Origin: Leptolyngbyaceae cyanobacterium
GTDB taxonomy: Bacteria > Cyanobacteriota > Cyanobacteriia > Phormidesmidales > Phormidesmidaceae
Direction of reading: 5' to 3'
Assembly (NCBI GenBank): GCA_965263355.1
Contig: CBDHHL010000056.1
Coordinates: forward strand, 1,728,001 to 1,792,000
Length of the DNA: 64,000 bases
Shown: positions 34,586 through 44,956 of the stretch, one piece after another
Numbering within the stretch: the first letter of the stretch is position 1
How the letters are laid out: every line of letters starts with the position of its first letter
Notes under the pieces: model-generated
What the model saw: the letters and a program-made list of their open reading frames with translations, nothing else
Told to the model about the DNA's origin: nothing
Database searches by the model: none
Made by a program: the position numbers and the translations under genes

Positions 34586-35743
34586 ATGTCGCCTCATCCT
34601 GCCCAACCTGGTCATTTAGTTGCCCACCATACCAACCTTCCAATTACCCAACGGTGGCAGCAACAATATCAAGGACTAAGGCCTTGTTATTGCTGTGTTT
34701 TAGGCTTTACTGAAACAGCGTTGGAACCCAATATTTCAGCGGCAGGCAATACACCTCAAGCGAGAATGACAACGGCTGTAGCCGATGCTGAATTTATCTA
34801 TGAGGGACCCAGTTCGGCCCCCCAGTATCCTCTGCCGTCACTAACGGCAGGGGTATCTCCAGCTATCCTCACAAGGGCCGTAGTGACAGGGCAAAACCTG
34901 CCAGTCTATTTGTTCAATACGGGATTGCCCCATAGCCCCAGCGTGCCTCACATCGATGTGGATGGAGCCATTGCCCATTGCGTTAGTTCTGGACATGCGC
35001 TGAGCCTTAATAAAGTCAAACAGTTGTTTGAAGCCGGGCTGCAATGGGGAGATACGCTAGGGCGTCGTTTTGCTCACAGCTACTTAGTGATTGGTGAATG
35101 CGTGGTTGCAGGCACAACCACAGCCCAAGCAGTCCTAACCGCCTTAGGGTTTAAGGTGGCTGGTCTAATGGGCAGCAGTCACGTGACTTGTAATCATGCT
35201 CAAAAAGCTGCGCTGATTAAAGCTGGATTGACAACTAGATCGATGGAGAGCAAGCATTGGAGTGTATGGGATGCGATCGCAGCCGTCGGCGATCCAATGC
35301 AACCATTCGTTCTGGGCATGGCTATTGCCGCCAGTCACCACAGTGGCGTGCTTCTCGCTGGCGGCAGCCAAATGATTGCCATTTACACCATGCTGCAGCA
35401 ACTAGACGGCAAATATCAATGGAACTCAAACAATATCGCTATTGGCACCACTCAGTGGATTATTAAGGATGCCACTAGCCAATTTCTTAATCTGGCCCAC
35501 ACCGTGCCAACGCCCCCCATTATGAGTAGCAAATTTTCATTTGAGCGCTCACACTACTCGCAATTCACCTTGTTTGAAAAAGGATATGTAAAAGAAGGTG
35601 TTGGTGCTGGCGGCTGCTTGATTGCAGCGCACTTATACCAGAACTGGCAACAAAATCAGATATTAGACATTACGGAAACATTGCTAGAAAGCTGCCTTAC
35701 AAGCCCAGCTACCCGCTTTCAAGGCCACCTTACCCAAAAGTAA
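34586..35743 (+). CDS. cobT: Nicotinate-mononucleotide-dependent phosphoribosyltransferase CobT
   Basis: LGFTETA, GECVVAGTTTA, GDPMQ, LAGGSQM, GYVKEGVGAGG. Confidence 0.88.
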   Translation: MSPHPAQPGHLVAHHTNLPITQRWQQQYQGLRPCYCCVLGFTETALEPNISAAGNTPQARMTTAVADAEFIYEGPSSAPQYPLPSLTAGVSPAILTRAVVTGQNLPVYLFNTGLPHSPSVPHIDVDGAIAHCVSSGHALSLNKVKQLFEAGLQWGDTLGRRFAHSYLVIGECVVAGTTTAQAVLTALGFKVAGLMGSSHVTCNHAQKAALIKAGLTTRSMESKHWSVWDAIAAVGDPMQPFVLGMAIAASHHSGVLLAGGSQMIAIYTMLQQLDGKYQWNSNNIAIGTTQWIIKDATSQFLNLAHTVPTPPIMSSKFSFERSHYSQFTLFEKGYVKEGVGAGGCLIAAHLYQNWQQNQILDITETLLESCLTSPATRFQGHLTQK

Positions 35744-35763
35744 AATAGTGGTACCCATAATCA

Positions 35764-35797
35764 ATCTAGCAATATCAACCGATCTAGCAATATTAAC
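35764..35797. repeat. 18-bp tandem duplication
   Basis: ATCTAGCAATATCAACCG / ATCTAGCAATATTAAC. Confidence 0.6.
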
Positions 35798-35835
35798 TAG
35801 GCTTACCCATCAGCTTTTGAAGTTGGCACACTACA

Positions 35836-36198
35836 CTAGTGGACTCGAAAGGCAAGCAACTGTTCTTCCAATGCCGCAATGCGGTTATAGGCAGCCGTCA
35901 ACTGAGCCGTCAAACGCTGCACCTGAATCTCTGGAGACAGCGACTGATTACCAGTCAACTGATCAATACCAAAGTGGGGCTCATCATTCAAAATATCCTT
36001 GTGATCAAAGGCCTCATCCAATCCGTTAACAACCATCCTTTCTGGAGGACTGACACCAAACTTAGGGTGACCAACATCACCAGTCATATCTTGACGCACT
36101 AACAAATCAGACACCTTGCCATCAATTTGCTCCAAAAGTTGATGCAACGTATCTACCCGATTTGACAAGTGCGCTACTTTTTCAGGACCAATTTCCAT
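35836..36198 (-). CDS. Hypothetical coiled-coil protein
   Basis: HKDIL, LSPEIQVQRLTAQLTAAYNRIAALEEQLL. Confidence 0.8.
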   Translation of the reverse strand: MEIGPEKVAHLSNRVDTLHQLLEQIDGKVSDLLVRQDMTGDVGHPKFGVSPPERMVVNGLDEAFDHKDILNDEPHFGIDQLTGNQSLSPEIQVQRLTAQLTAAYNRIAALEEQLLAFRVH

Positions 36199-36860
36199 GA
36201 GCTAGCAAATCCTCAAATAACCTCTACATCCTAAGAACGCCCAACCAATGAAGAGGTCTTATTACTTATTGATTTAACCTTTTGTTGTCAAGAATGAAAT
36301 GATGAGGAGATTGAATACAAATAATTGACTTTAGTCTATTGTTATTTACATTTTCTTTACAATGTTGGTTTATTCAGACAAAAGTAAGGAAGATTCTATT
36401 AAACTGTGGCATACTTCAGCAAAAGTATCCTCAAGTTAGTAATTTCGTTCCTTCTCTTTAGAATTCCCTCTAAATCAAGACTTTTTAGGGCCTCCTTCTA
36501 AGACTTTTAGACCTTAATGGTGAGATATTAACTCCCCTTACATTAGGGAAATAGGCTATAATATGCAGTGCCTTGTGTACATTACGACGTACATTATTGC
36601 AGCAACTTTCTTTTGAGGTCGCTAATCTAGCAAGTAAATTTTAGGCATCTATTCTTGAATAGAGGTTTCAAATTAATTGCATAGGGTAGTATAAGTAAGC
36701 CTTAATAACGTAATCGGGATAACCGTTGAATGGTAAGGCTATCGATGAAAATGAGTGTTTTCAACGCCTTAGATTGGCTAAATTAGCTATCTTGGTTGGT
36801 GTCACAGGTCGCAGTGTATATCTAAAGTAGTAAGGAACTGTCGGGGGCAGTTGTTAATTA

Positions 36861-37547
36861 ATGTCACCCAAATCATCTATGACTGATACCACCGCGTTCG
36901 TTGCTGGCTGTGCAACGACTGGGGTAGCTGTTCTAGTTTTGCTATTAGCACGAGTTGGGTTCCAGACATCATCCTCCAAAGCAGAACAGCCAAGTTCTGC
37001 TAGTTTAGAAGCGGTCGTTCCTGTCCCTCAAACGCCTATACAGACAATTAATGAGGGCATTAACGACGATGTTAAACGGGAACTTGATCACCAGCGGGAC
37101 TTGACCGCTAAGCTAGAAAATCAGCTAGTGCAGCAGGAGATGCTAGCGCGTAATCTAGAAAATCAGCTCAAGCAGCAGCAGGAAGAAACTCGTGCTGTTT
37201 TATCTCAGCTGAGGGAATACCAGCGCTCAGTTGATACACTCTCTCTACAAAATGGCCAGTTAGCCGCCCAGTCTGCCCGAGACAACACAGCAAGTAATAA
37301 TGTTCAAACCATACTTCTATGGCTTGGTGGCGGGTTGCTGCTCGTGATGATCCTGGGGGGTGGGGCAATTATTCTATGCATGATTCTGGTATCTGGGCGA
37401 CGGCGGGAAGAACGGGCGGCACCAGTGATATATCCGTTTCAGATGCCTGTCCCCCCAGCTGGCTATCGGTATTACGAGCAGGAATTTTTGCCACCGCCTC
37501 CAGTCCGACATAAGCGGGCAAATGCGACCTACTACGATGTAGATTAG
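36861..37547 (+). CDS. Membrane protein with a PatN-like layout
   Basis: AFVAGCATTGVAVLVLL, Gln-rich coiled coil, LWLGGG TM, Pro-rich tail. Confidence 0.6.
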   Translation: MSPKSSMTDTTAFVAGCATTGVAVLVLLLARVGFQTSSSKAEQPSSASLEAVVPVPQTPIQTINEGINDDVKRELDHQRDLTAKLENQLVQQEMLARNLENQLKQQQEETRAVLSQLREYQRSVDTLSLQNGQLAAQSARDNTASNNVQTILLWLGGGLLLVMILGGGAIILCMILVSGRRREERAAPVIYPFQMPVPPAGYRYYEQEFLPPPPVRHKRANATYYDVD

Positions 37548-37775
37548 GCAATTGTTAGTTTTGCCATCGCTTACGCTATCTCCACTGTCAATAATTACTG
37601 GACCGTCATCGAGACGCACAATTCGACTAACAATACTAAACGGAGTGGCAGAATTAGGGAGTTCAAAGGTTGTGTTTATTTTGATATTCGCGGCTTCAGC
37701 AGGATGTGAAGTATAGAAAACTCCAACAATTGCAGCAAAAGCACAAGCTACTGTTGAGGTGAATTTTGTACTCAT
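37548..37775 (-). pseudogene. 5' fragment of a secreted (PEP-CTERM-style) protein gene
   Basis: Signal peptide ending SHPAEAA; after ~75 codons the frame simply runs antisense into the neighbouring gene. Confidence 0.45.
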
Positions 37776-37971
37776 ACACTTAGTTCAAACTTCGAAACAA
37801 ATTCTTCGAGATTAGCTTTAAGATCGCACCCTCAAAACCGAATAGGTCCTGATTAATACGTACAGAGAGCTATTTCTTTAAATAGGATTTTATTCGGAGT
37901 CATCTACGCAAAAATACTGAATTCAAAAGCTTCGACCAATCAAAAAAATAAATACGTGAACAATTAATTAA

Positions 37972-38042
37972 AGGCGGCACCCAGATTCGAACTGGGGATA
38001 AAGGATTTGCAATCCTCTGCCTTACCACTTGGCCATGCCGCC
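37972..38042 (-). tRNA. trnC: tRNA-Cys(GCA), CCA not encoded
   Basis: GGCGGCATGGCCAAGTGGTAAGGCAGAGGATTGCAAATCCTTTATCCCCAGTTCGAATCTGGGTGCCGCCT folds as a cloverleaf. Confidence 0.97.
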
Positions 38043-38106
38043 GAATTGCCGAATTTCAATATATCAAATTCTCGCCGCGTTCTAACTCAGATTCCAGGCA
38101 ATGGGT

Positions 38107-38988
38107 TTATCTGACGTTTACCAAAAGCTGTTGAATCATCCGATTGGCCTGGGCAGCGTAACCACCGCCAAACAGATTGAAATGATTGAGGATGTGATAC
38201 AGGTTGTAAAGAATTTTACGGGTAAGATAGCCGTCCGACAGTGGATACGCTACTTCATAGGCATCGTAAAAGGACTTTGGGAAACTACCAAAGAGTTCTG
38301 TCATGGCTAAATCGACTTCGCGATCGCCATAGTAGGTAGCAGGATCAAAAATAACGGGTTCCCCTGCAGCAGAGATGGCAGCATTTCCAGACCATAAATC
38401 TCCATGTACCAGGGAAGGCAGGGGATCATGACCAACCAATAGTTCAGGTAAGGCGGCAAGCAATGCTTCCTGTTGTGGAAAAGAACCGCCTCGCCGTTTG
38501 GCTAATCGAAACTGATAACCTAAACGCTGATCGCGCCAAAACATCAACCAACTTTCCTGCCAGTCATTAGGCTGATGGGTTTCGCCAATGGTGTTGGATT
38601 GATGCCAGCCAAAGCCGAGGTCGCTAGAAATGCGATGCATCGCCGCTAAATGCTCTCCCATGGTTGACCAGGCTGTGCTTCCACCACGCCCTAAATCTAA
38701 CCACTCCATGACAATGAAGGAATGCGAACCCGCCAGACCGCAGCAGACTGGCTTGGGTACGCGGATGGTCTGGCTGCCATACATTTCTTGGAGCCCGGCT
38801 AACTCTGCCTCAAACATAGCTAGTTTGCTAGCCTGATTGAGCTTGACAAAAAATGTAGTCTGGCCATCGCTCAAGCCATAGGCTTGATTAATACATCCTC
38901 CACCCACAGAACGACGTTGCGCTACCTGAAAGGTCTGCCCGGTAACTTGAGAGATCTGAGCAGCAACATCATTCCAAACATCAGCCAT
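38107..38988 (-). CDS. Fructosamine kinase family protein
   Basis: VGGGCIN, FFVK, LVHGDLWSGN, FDPATYYGDREVDLAM. Confidence 0.92.
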   Translation of the reverse strand: MADVWNDVAAQISQVTGQTFQVAQRRSVGGGCINQAYGLSDGQTTFFVKLNQASKLAMFEAELAGLQEMYGSQTIRVPKPVCCGLAGSHSFIVMEWLDLGRGGSTAWSTMGEHLAAMHRISSDLGFGWHQSNTIGETHQPNDWQESWLMFWRDQRLGYQFRLAKRRGGSFPQQEALLAALPELLVGHDPLPSLVHGDLWSGNAAISAAGEPVIFDPATYYGDREVDLAMTELFGSFPKSFYDAYEVAYPLSDGYLTRKILYNLYHILNHFNLFGGGYAAQANRMIQQLLVNVR

Positions 38989-39050
38989 ACCTTCTACACC
39001 CAAAATACGCAATTCATTCAATATCACGCCTAGAGTGTAAAGGACAAGCC

Positions 39051-40358
39051 TTAATTGGTCTCAGGATACAGTCGCAGTGCGCCATAGGCGGTGACTGGCA
39101 AGTAGCGTTTTACAGCCGCTTGAATGGATTCTGTATCAACTGTCTTAATCGCCGTTGGATAGTTTAGAGCATTTTCGATATCACCAGTCATAGCGTGATA
39201 GTAGCCATATATGCTGGCGCGATCGCTAGATGTTTCATTGCCAAACACATAGCGGTTAGCTACCTGAGTACGTACACGGCTAAGTTCCGCTTCACTGACG
39301 GGCTCATCATGGAGGCGCTGAATATGCTCTAAGACAGCCATCTCAACCACATCTAACTGTTCTCTACCCAAATGAGCTGACATATAGAAAACACCTTGCT
39401 CACCGTAGGTAATATTGCTAGTGGAAATACTATTTACCAGACCCCGGCTTTCCCTGAGGTCTTGTACCAGACGTGCCGTACGCCCCTGACCTAAAATTGA
39501 GGCGACTACATCTAATGCATAGGTTTCGGATAACTGCCGTAGTCCTGGCACACGCCAGCTCATCACTAGCCGAGCCTGCTGTAGGGTTGCATCGGTATAG
39601 TCAGCCCGAGCGATGGACTCAAATGGCGCTTCAGGGGTAGTCACCGGTACACCTTCTAAGGGTCCTGTCAAACCTGCGTGCCGACGATGGTCTAACGCCT
39701 GCTCAAAACTTTCTTCCACCGTGGAGATTAACTGCTCAATGGGCAAATCTCCTACGACCACAGCGGTCATATTTTGGGGCTGATACCAACGCCAGTGAAA
39801 ATCTCGCATTTGCTTGACAGAGAGGTTCTCAATGACGGATGTTGGTCCTAATACCGTCCGCCGATAGGGCAGTTGCTCAAAATTTAAGGCCATAGAATGC
39901 TGAAACACGCGTCGCCTTGGATTGTCTTCCGAGCGTCGAATTTCTTCTAAAATGACGGGCCGCTCCCGCTCAAAGTCACTGTCGCGAAGATGGGCATTGA
40001 GCAAAAGTTCTACTTGAAGCGGTGCTAGCTTAGCGAAATCTTTGGGGGCTGTCGTAATGTAATAGTGTGTATAGTCTTGACTGGTGGCTGCATTGGTAAT
40101 AGCACCACGCTCCTCAATCAGACGCTCAAATTCTCCACATCGGAGTTGAGGTGTGCCCTTAAAGATCATGTGCTCTAAAAAATGAGCCATGCCGTTAATA
40201 GCATCGGACTCTACTCGAGAACCGACACTGAGCCAAATGTTAAGGTTGACGGCAGCCGTTGGCATTTGTTCAGCGATAATTGTTAGACCATTAGCCAGTC
40301 GTTTTACAACGGGCTGATTGGTAATTTCGGATGAAGCCGATGTCACAACCATGGGCAA
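39051..40358 (-). CDS. M16 family zinc peptidase
   Basis: HFLEH inverted zinc motif, NAATSQDYT. Confidence 0.92.
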   Translation of the reverse strand: MPMVVTSASSEITNQPVVKRLANGLTIIAEQMPTAAVNLNIWLSVGSRVESDAINGMAHFLEHMIFKGTPQLRCGEFERLIEERGAITNAATSQDYTHYYITTAPKDFAKLAPLQVELLLNAHLRDSDFERERPVILEEIRRSEDNPRRRVFQHSMALNFEQLPYRRTVLGPTSVIENLSVKQMRDFHWRWYQPQNMTAVVVGDLPIEQLISTVEESFEQALDHRRHAGLTGPLEGVPVTTPEAPFESIARADYTDATLQQARLVMSWRVPGLRQLSETYALDVVASILGQGRTARLVQDLRESRGLVNSISTSNITYGEQGVFYMSAHLGREQLDVVEMAVLEHIQRLHDEPVSEAELSRVRTQVANRYVFGNETSSDRASIYGYYHAMTGDIENALNYPTAIKTVDTESIQAAVKRYLPVTAYGALRLYPETN

Positions 40359-40443
40359 ACTAAAATTTCATGATCATTCTATTTCTTATTCTAGTCATCT
40401 GGATACAGTAAAGTCTGGGTAAAAGCAACTAAGAGAAACTTCT

Positions 40444-41148
40444 ATGGGCACTTGGATCAAGGAAACAGATAAGGCTATCTATCTAATGCAGGGAGGATAC
40501 TACATTTCCAAAATTTCTAAGTATCCTTCCAAATCAAACCCAAACGAAAAAGTGCTCAATATCAGTGGCATGAAATCGTGGTTTAGGCGAGCGGATTCTC
40601 CTCGGGGGATGACTGTTTCTCAAACTGGACCTGAACCTAAACCGTTTCCACGACAGTCTACTACTCCAGTTGACTCCAATAGGTCATCTTCTAGTTCATC
40701 ACGACAAACAACTGCCAGCGGAGTGAACTTGATTAAGTCCTTTGAAGGGTTACGACTAAAGGCGTATCAAGATGCGGTTGGTGTGTGGACCATTGGTTAT
40801 GGTACAACCCGCGGCGTAAAACCAGGTCAAGCTATTAGTGAAGCTCAGGCTGAAGCATTGCTCAAGACCGATTTGAATAGATTTGAGCAGGCGGTGAATC
40901 AAGCGGTTCGAGTATCTATCAACGATAATCAGTTTGCAGCCTTAGTGTCGTTTGCTTATAACGTTGGTTCTGGTGCTCTACGTAGCTCTACGTTGCTAAA
41001 GAAGCTCAATCGTCGTGATATTTATGGAGCCGCCAACGAGTTTCCCCGCTGGAACCGAGCGGGTGGCAGAGTATTGGCTGGTTTGACTCGCCGTCGTAAT
41101 GCTGAGAGAGCACTATTTTTAGGACAAGACTATCGACGTTTTCTGTAA
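40444..41148 (+). CDS. GH24 (phage-type) lysozyme with an extra N-terminal domain
   Basis: FEGLRLKAYQDAVGVWTIGYG (E-x8-D-x5-T), ALVSFAYNVG, GLTRRRNAE. Confidence 0.92.
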   Translation: MGTWIKETDKAIYLMQGGYYISKISKYPSKSNPNEKVLNISGMKSWFRRADSPRGMTVSQTGPEPKPFPRQSTTPVDSNRSSSSSSRQTTASGVNLIKSFEGLRLKAYQDAVGVWTIGYGTTRGVKPGQAISEAQAEALLKTDLNRFEQAVNQAVRVSINDNQFAALVSFAYNVGSGALRSSTLLKKLNRRDIYGAANEFPRWNRAGGRVLAGLTRRRNAERALFLGQDYRRFL

Positions 41149-42050
41149 TGAGACGGACGTTTCCCCGTTGGTTAATTCCCTATACGTTTTTAGCACCAGC
41201 GCTCCTAGTGCTAGGTTTAACCGTTTTTTGGCCAGCACTACAGGCGTTCTACCTCAGTTTTACTGAATATGGGTATGACATTACTCAGCCGCCCCTATGG
41301 GTAGGCTGGGACAATTTTGTGCGTCTGTGGCAGGATGAGACGTTTTGGAAAACGTTGGGTAATACGCTGGTGTATCTGGTGGGGGTAGTGCCTGTGCTTG
41401 CGATCGCCCCCCTAGTCCTAGCCATTCTGGTCAACCAAAATCTCAGAGGTATGAATTGGTTTCGAGTAGCCTATTACACCCCCGTAGTGATCTCTATGGT
41501 GGTTGCTGGCATTGCTTGGCGTTGGCTCTATGCTGAAACTGGACTATTCAATCAAATACTATCTAGCCTGACTGGCCAAACTATTCGCATTCCATGGCTG
41601 ACCAGCCCCAAACTGGCACTGTTCAGTGTTATGGCCGTTACCATTTGGAAAGGATTAGGATACTACATGGTGATTTATCTGGCCGGATTACAGGGTATTC
41701 CAGAGGATCTGTACGAAGCTGCCGCTATCGACGGTTCAGAGCATTGGAGAAAACATTGGGACATCACCCTACCGCTGATGGGTCCCTATATGTTTTTGGT
41801 TGCCGTTATTTCTGCCATATCGGCAACCAAAGTATTTGAAGAGGTCTACATTATGACGCAAGGGGGACCTCGCAGTAGCTCAAAAACTGTTGTTTACTAC
41901 GTTTATGAACAAGCGTTTGTAGACCTTGAAATGAGCTATGCATGCACGATCGGTCTTGTGCTCTTTTTAGTCATCCTTACCCTATCCTTAATCAGGCTAC
42001 GCATTACTCACAGTCAGGACACAGGTACAACATTGTCTAATGACCTTTAA
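41148..42050 (+). CDS. Carbohydrate ABC transporter permease (LacF-like)
   Basis: LYEAAAIDG EAA loop, 6 TMs. Confidence 0.92.
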   Translation: MRRTFPRWLIPYTFLAPALLVLGLTVFWPALQAFYLSFTEYGYDITQPPLWVGWDNFVRLWQDETFWKTLGNTLVYLVGVVPVLAIAPLVLAILVNQNLRGMNWFRVAYYTPVVISMVVAGIAWRWLYAETGLFNQILSSLTGQTIRIPWLTSPKLALFSVMAVTIWKGLGYYMVIYLAGLQGIPEDLYEAAAIDGSEHWRKHWDITLPLMGPYMFLVAVISAISATKVFEEVYIMTQGGPRSSSKTVVYYVYEQAFVDLEMSYACTIGLVLFLVILTLSLIRLRITHSQDTGTTLSNDL

Positions 42051-42397
42051 GCGACCTCAACGATGGCAACACAGCGAGTATCGACATCATCCACACCATC
42101 CACTGATAAGACTAGGCTGACCACTTCATTTAGCTGATACCGAGAATTAAGCTTTCCACTCAGCACAACAACTCGCCCTCTCTGGCGAACCTTTAAGCAT
42201 GCTAAAGCAGCTTTAGCACTACTTAGACGGTGTAAGACCCGCTTAGATAAACCCTGGTAATCAAATTCTCCATGCAGTCCAATACGTTCTGGTGGAATAT
42301 TTAACATCCAATGGCGCTGCTGAACAACGTCCTCATCAGCTAGCTGACACACCCTATGCTTGCGACCTAAAGCCAATTCAAAGGTTGAGCTATTCAT
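42047..42397 (-). CDS. BON-domain (phospholipid-binding) protein
   Basis: IPPERIGLHGEFDYQGL, VVVLSG, SVDGVDDV. Confidence 0.75.
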   Translation of the reverse strand: MNSSTFELALGRKHRVCQLADEDVVQQRHWMLNIPPERIGLHGEFDYQGLSKRVLHRLSSAKAALACLKVRQRGRVVVLSGKLNSRYQLNEVVSLVLSVDGVDDVDTRCVAIVEVA

Positions 42398-42611
42398 AAA
42401 TCACCTCAACACCCTATGTAACTCCAATGACACCGAACAGCTTACCAACCTGCTTAGGCCATTATGCCAAGCATGACGTTAATTGACAGCAGCAGAGGAT
42501 GGTATCACCGCATAACCCTTTTGCGCTATCCGGATATTACTTTATAAATTCTAAAAAATCATTTAGAAGAATTTTGTGTCCCTAGAAACTTTTTAACATT
42601 TTGAGTTGTAA

Positions 42612-43088
42612 TTACTGCGTTAATAGCACTACCGCATAAGCCGCAATGCCTTCCTCACGACCAGTTGGTCCCAGTTTTTCATTCGTGGTTGCTTTGATGC
42701 CAATCTGATCAATCGCGACATCTAGGCGTTCAGCCAAACTTTTTTGCATAGTTGCGATATGGGGTTTGAGCTTAGGTCTTTCAGCGACAACCACCGTATC
42801 CAAATTACCAATGGACCATCCTCGCGCCCTTACCATCTGATAGATTTGGTCTAATAACTCCAGGCTATCGGCCCCCTTCCATTTGGGGTCGGTCGGGGGG
42901 AAGTAGCGACCAATATCCCCTAAACTCAGAGCCCCTAACATAGCATCCATAATCGCATGGGTCAGCACATCCGCATCACTATGGCCTAATAAACCCAGGC
43001 TATGGGGAATGTTAACCCCCCCTAAAATCAAAGGGCGATCAGGACCTAAACGATGGATGTCATAACCGTTGCCAATGCGAATAGTCAT
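42612..43088 (-). CDS. ispF: MECDP synthase
   Basis: [21 protein letters not shown]. Confidence 0.97.
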   Translation of the reverse strand: MTIRIGNGYDIHRLGPDRPLILGGVNIPHSLGLLGHSDADVLTHAIMDAMLGALSLGDIGRYFPPTDPKWKGADSLELLDQIYQMVRARGWSIGNLDTVVVAERPKLKPHIATMQKSLAERLDVAIDQIGIKATTNEKLGPTGREEGIAAYAVVLLTQ

Positions 43089-43153
43089 GGAAGCTCCTCA
43101 GTTATACATGAATGTCGGGAATCAAAAGTTCAATAATGAATCTTGACGGGCCA

Positions 43154-43867
43154 CTAGCTTGACTCACTATTATTTTCCCACTGCTCTTGCTGCCAACGCT
43201 CATAAAGATCTGGGCGACGCTTACGAGTGCGGTCGATCTGTTGCTGCTGTCGCCATTGGGCTATGGCAGCATGGTTACCGGAGCGCAAAACCTCTGGAAC
43301 AGTCCATCCCCTGAATTCAGCTGGCCTGGTGTAATGGGGGTAGTCTAATAACCCAGACTCAAAGCTGTCATAGGACAAAGAATCTTGTTTGGCTACGGTA
43401 CCTGGTAGCAAGCGAATGATGCCATTCATTAAAGCTAAGGCTGGAATTTCACCACAGGTCAGTACAAAATCACCAAGGGACACTTCCCGAGTTATCACAT
43501 TGAGAATGCGCTCATCAATGCCTTCATAATGGCCACAAATAATCACTAATTGGTCCAAACTAGTCGACCATTGCCAAAACAACGCTTGTGTCATGGGGGT
43601 TCCTTGGGGAGTCATGAGCACTACTTCACAGCGAGGTCTTTGGGGCAGACTTTCAAGGGCTGAAACAATGGGGTCGATTTTCATCACCATACCCACGCCA
43701 CCACCATAGGGCTCATCATCTACTTTATGATGCTTGTCGGTGGTGAAGTCCCTCGGGTTAGTGATATAAACCTCAGCAATATTCCGTTGTAGAGCTTTAC
43801 CAATAAGTCCTGACTGTAATGGCGACGTAAAAAAGTCTGGAAACAAACTAATCAGGTCAAACCGCAT
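43154..43867 (-). CDS. trmD: tRNA m1G37 methyltransferase
   Basis: VDDEPYGGG, CGHYEGIDER, SGNH. Confidence 0.97.
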   Translation of the reverse strand: MRFDLISLFPDFFTSPLQSGLIGKALQRNIAEVYITNPRDFTTDKHHKVDDEPYGGGVGMVMKIDPIVSALESLPQRPRCEVVLMTPQGTPMTQALFWQWSTSLDQLVIICGHYEGIDERILNVITREVSLGDFVLTCGEIPALALMNGIIRLLPGTVAKQDSLSYDSFESGLLDYPHYTRPAEFRGWTVPEVLRSGNHAAIAQWRQQQQIDRTRKRRPDLYERWQQEQWENNSESS

Positions 43868-44910
43868 TAGTTATTGCTATCCTCGCGGTCATCAAAACTC
43901 AATAACCGATTAAACAAATCCACTTCGAGATTTGTCTGGTCTAGCAACCGGGCTAACTCATAGGCCCGTTTATATTGGTCTTGGGCCAACATCAGTTCAC
44001 CGGTAGCTTCATAAAATTCTCCTAACCGCTTAAAGGTAATCAGTCGTCCCCAATCGTTATCAGTGTTAAAAGTGAGGGCAATCCGTTCATCCAGGTAATA
44101 ACGGACCTGGGACCAGTCTCCTCGTTCACTGTAGACATCAATCAGACCATCAATGGCCTGCAGTTGGGCGGTAATATCTTCAACATCGCGGCTATAGCTC
44201 AAAGCAAGGCGATAGGCACCAATCGCTTTTCCTGATAACCCCTGGGCCAGATAGGCATCGCCCAGATTGTTATTGGTATTTGCTCGGCCTACTACGTTAC
44301 CTGCTCGAACACGGTACTCTGCAGCTAATTCATAGTAATCAATGGCTGTTAAGTAATCTTCTTGAGTGGAGGCTAATAGCCCTAAATTGCTCAAGGATAA
44401 GCCAATGCCTTCAAAGTTTTGAATACTGTAGGCAATGTTTAGCGCTTCTTCGTAGGCCTGGGTGGCGAATTCTACTGCTCCTTGCTGGAGTCTGAGAGTG
44501 CCTAGGGTATTCCAGGCAAAAATTTGGGTGCTAAAGTTTTGGTTGTCTCGTGCGATCGCAAGCTGACGACGTACAGCAGTCTCAGCACTGACATAATCAC
44601 CTAGGACAGCATAGGCACTCCCAATATTGCCATAGGTACGCTCCATAGATGCCGTATCCCCAATCTCATAGTAAAGCTCCACTGCCTGCTTCCAGGCGCG
44701 CAAAGCCGACTGATAATCGTCTTGGTCCGCCTGACGCTCCCCCAGACGCAAAAGCTGATCAGCCACATCTCGCTTCTGGTTAATCGCTTCACGGTTAACT
44801 GGCTGACGCAACTGTTCATCAAGGGACCCCTGGGCATAGGCAGCAGGCATGCTGACCAACGCCGTTAGCAATAAACCAGAACCAACTCGCATGATGGCGT
44901 GCACGACCAA
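43867..44910 (-). CDS. Secreted TPR-repeat protein
   Basis: Signal peptide AYA, repeated NLG..Y helices; TAATG coupling to trmD. Confidence 0.82.
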   Translation of the reverse strand: MVVHAIMRVGSGLLLTALVSMPAAYAQGSLDEQLRQPVNREAINQKRDVADQLLRLGERQADQDDYQSALRAWKQAVELYYEIGDTASMERTYGNIGSAYAVLGDYVSAETAVRRQLAIARDNQNFSTQIFAWNTLGTLRLQQGAVEFATQAYEEALNIAYSIQNFEGIGLSLSNLGLLASTQEDYLTAIDYYELAAEYRVRAGNVVGRANTNNNLGDAYLAQGLSGKAIGAYRLALSYSRDVEDITAQLQAIDGLIDVYSERGDWSQVRYYLDERIALTFNTDNDWGRLITFKRLGEFYEATGELMLAQDQYKRAYELARLLDQTNLEVDLFNRLLSFDDREDSNN

Positions 44911-44956
44911 ATCTCTCCTAACAATTAACGTTCAATAAATTTAGATATTCACCAAG

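Noticed and set aside
40444..41148. Prophage around the lysozyme
   Set aside because: No integrase, holin or structural genes; the flanks are housekeeping genes.
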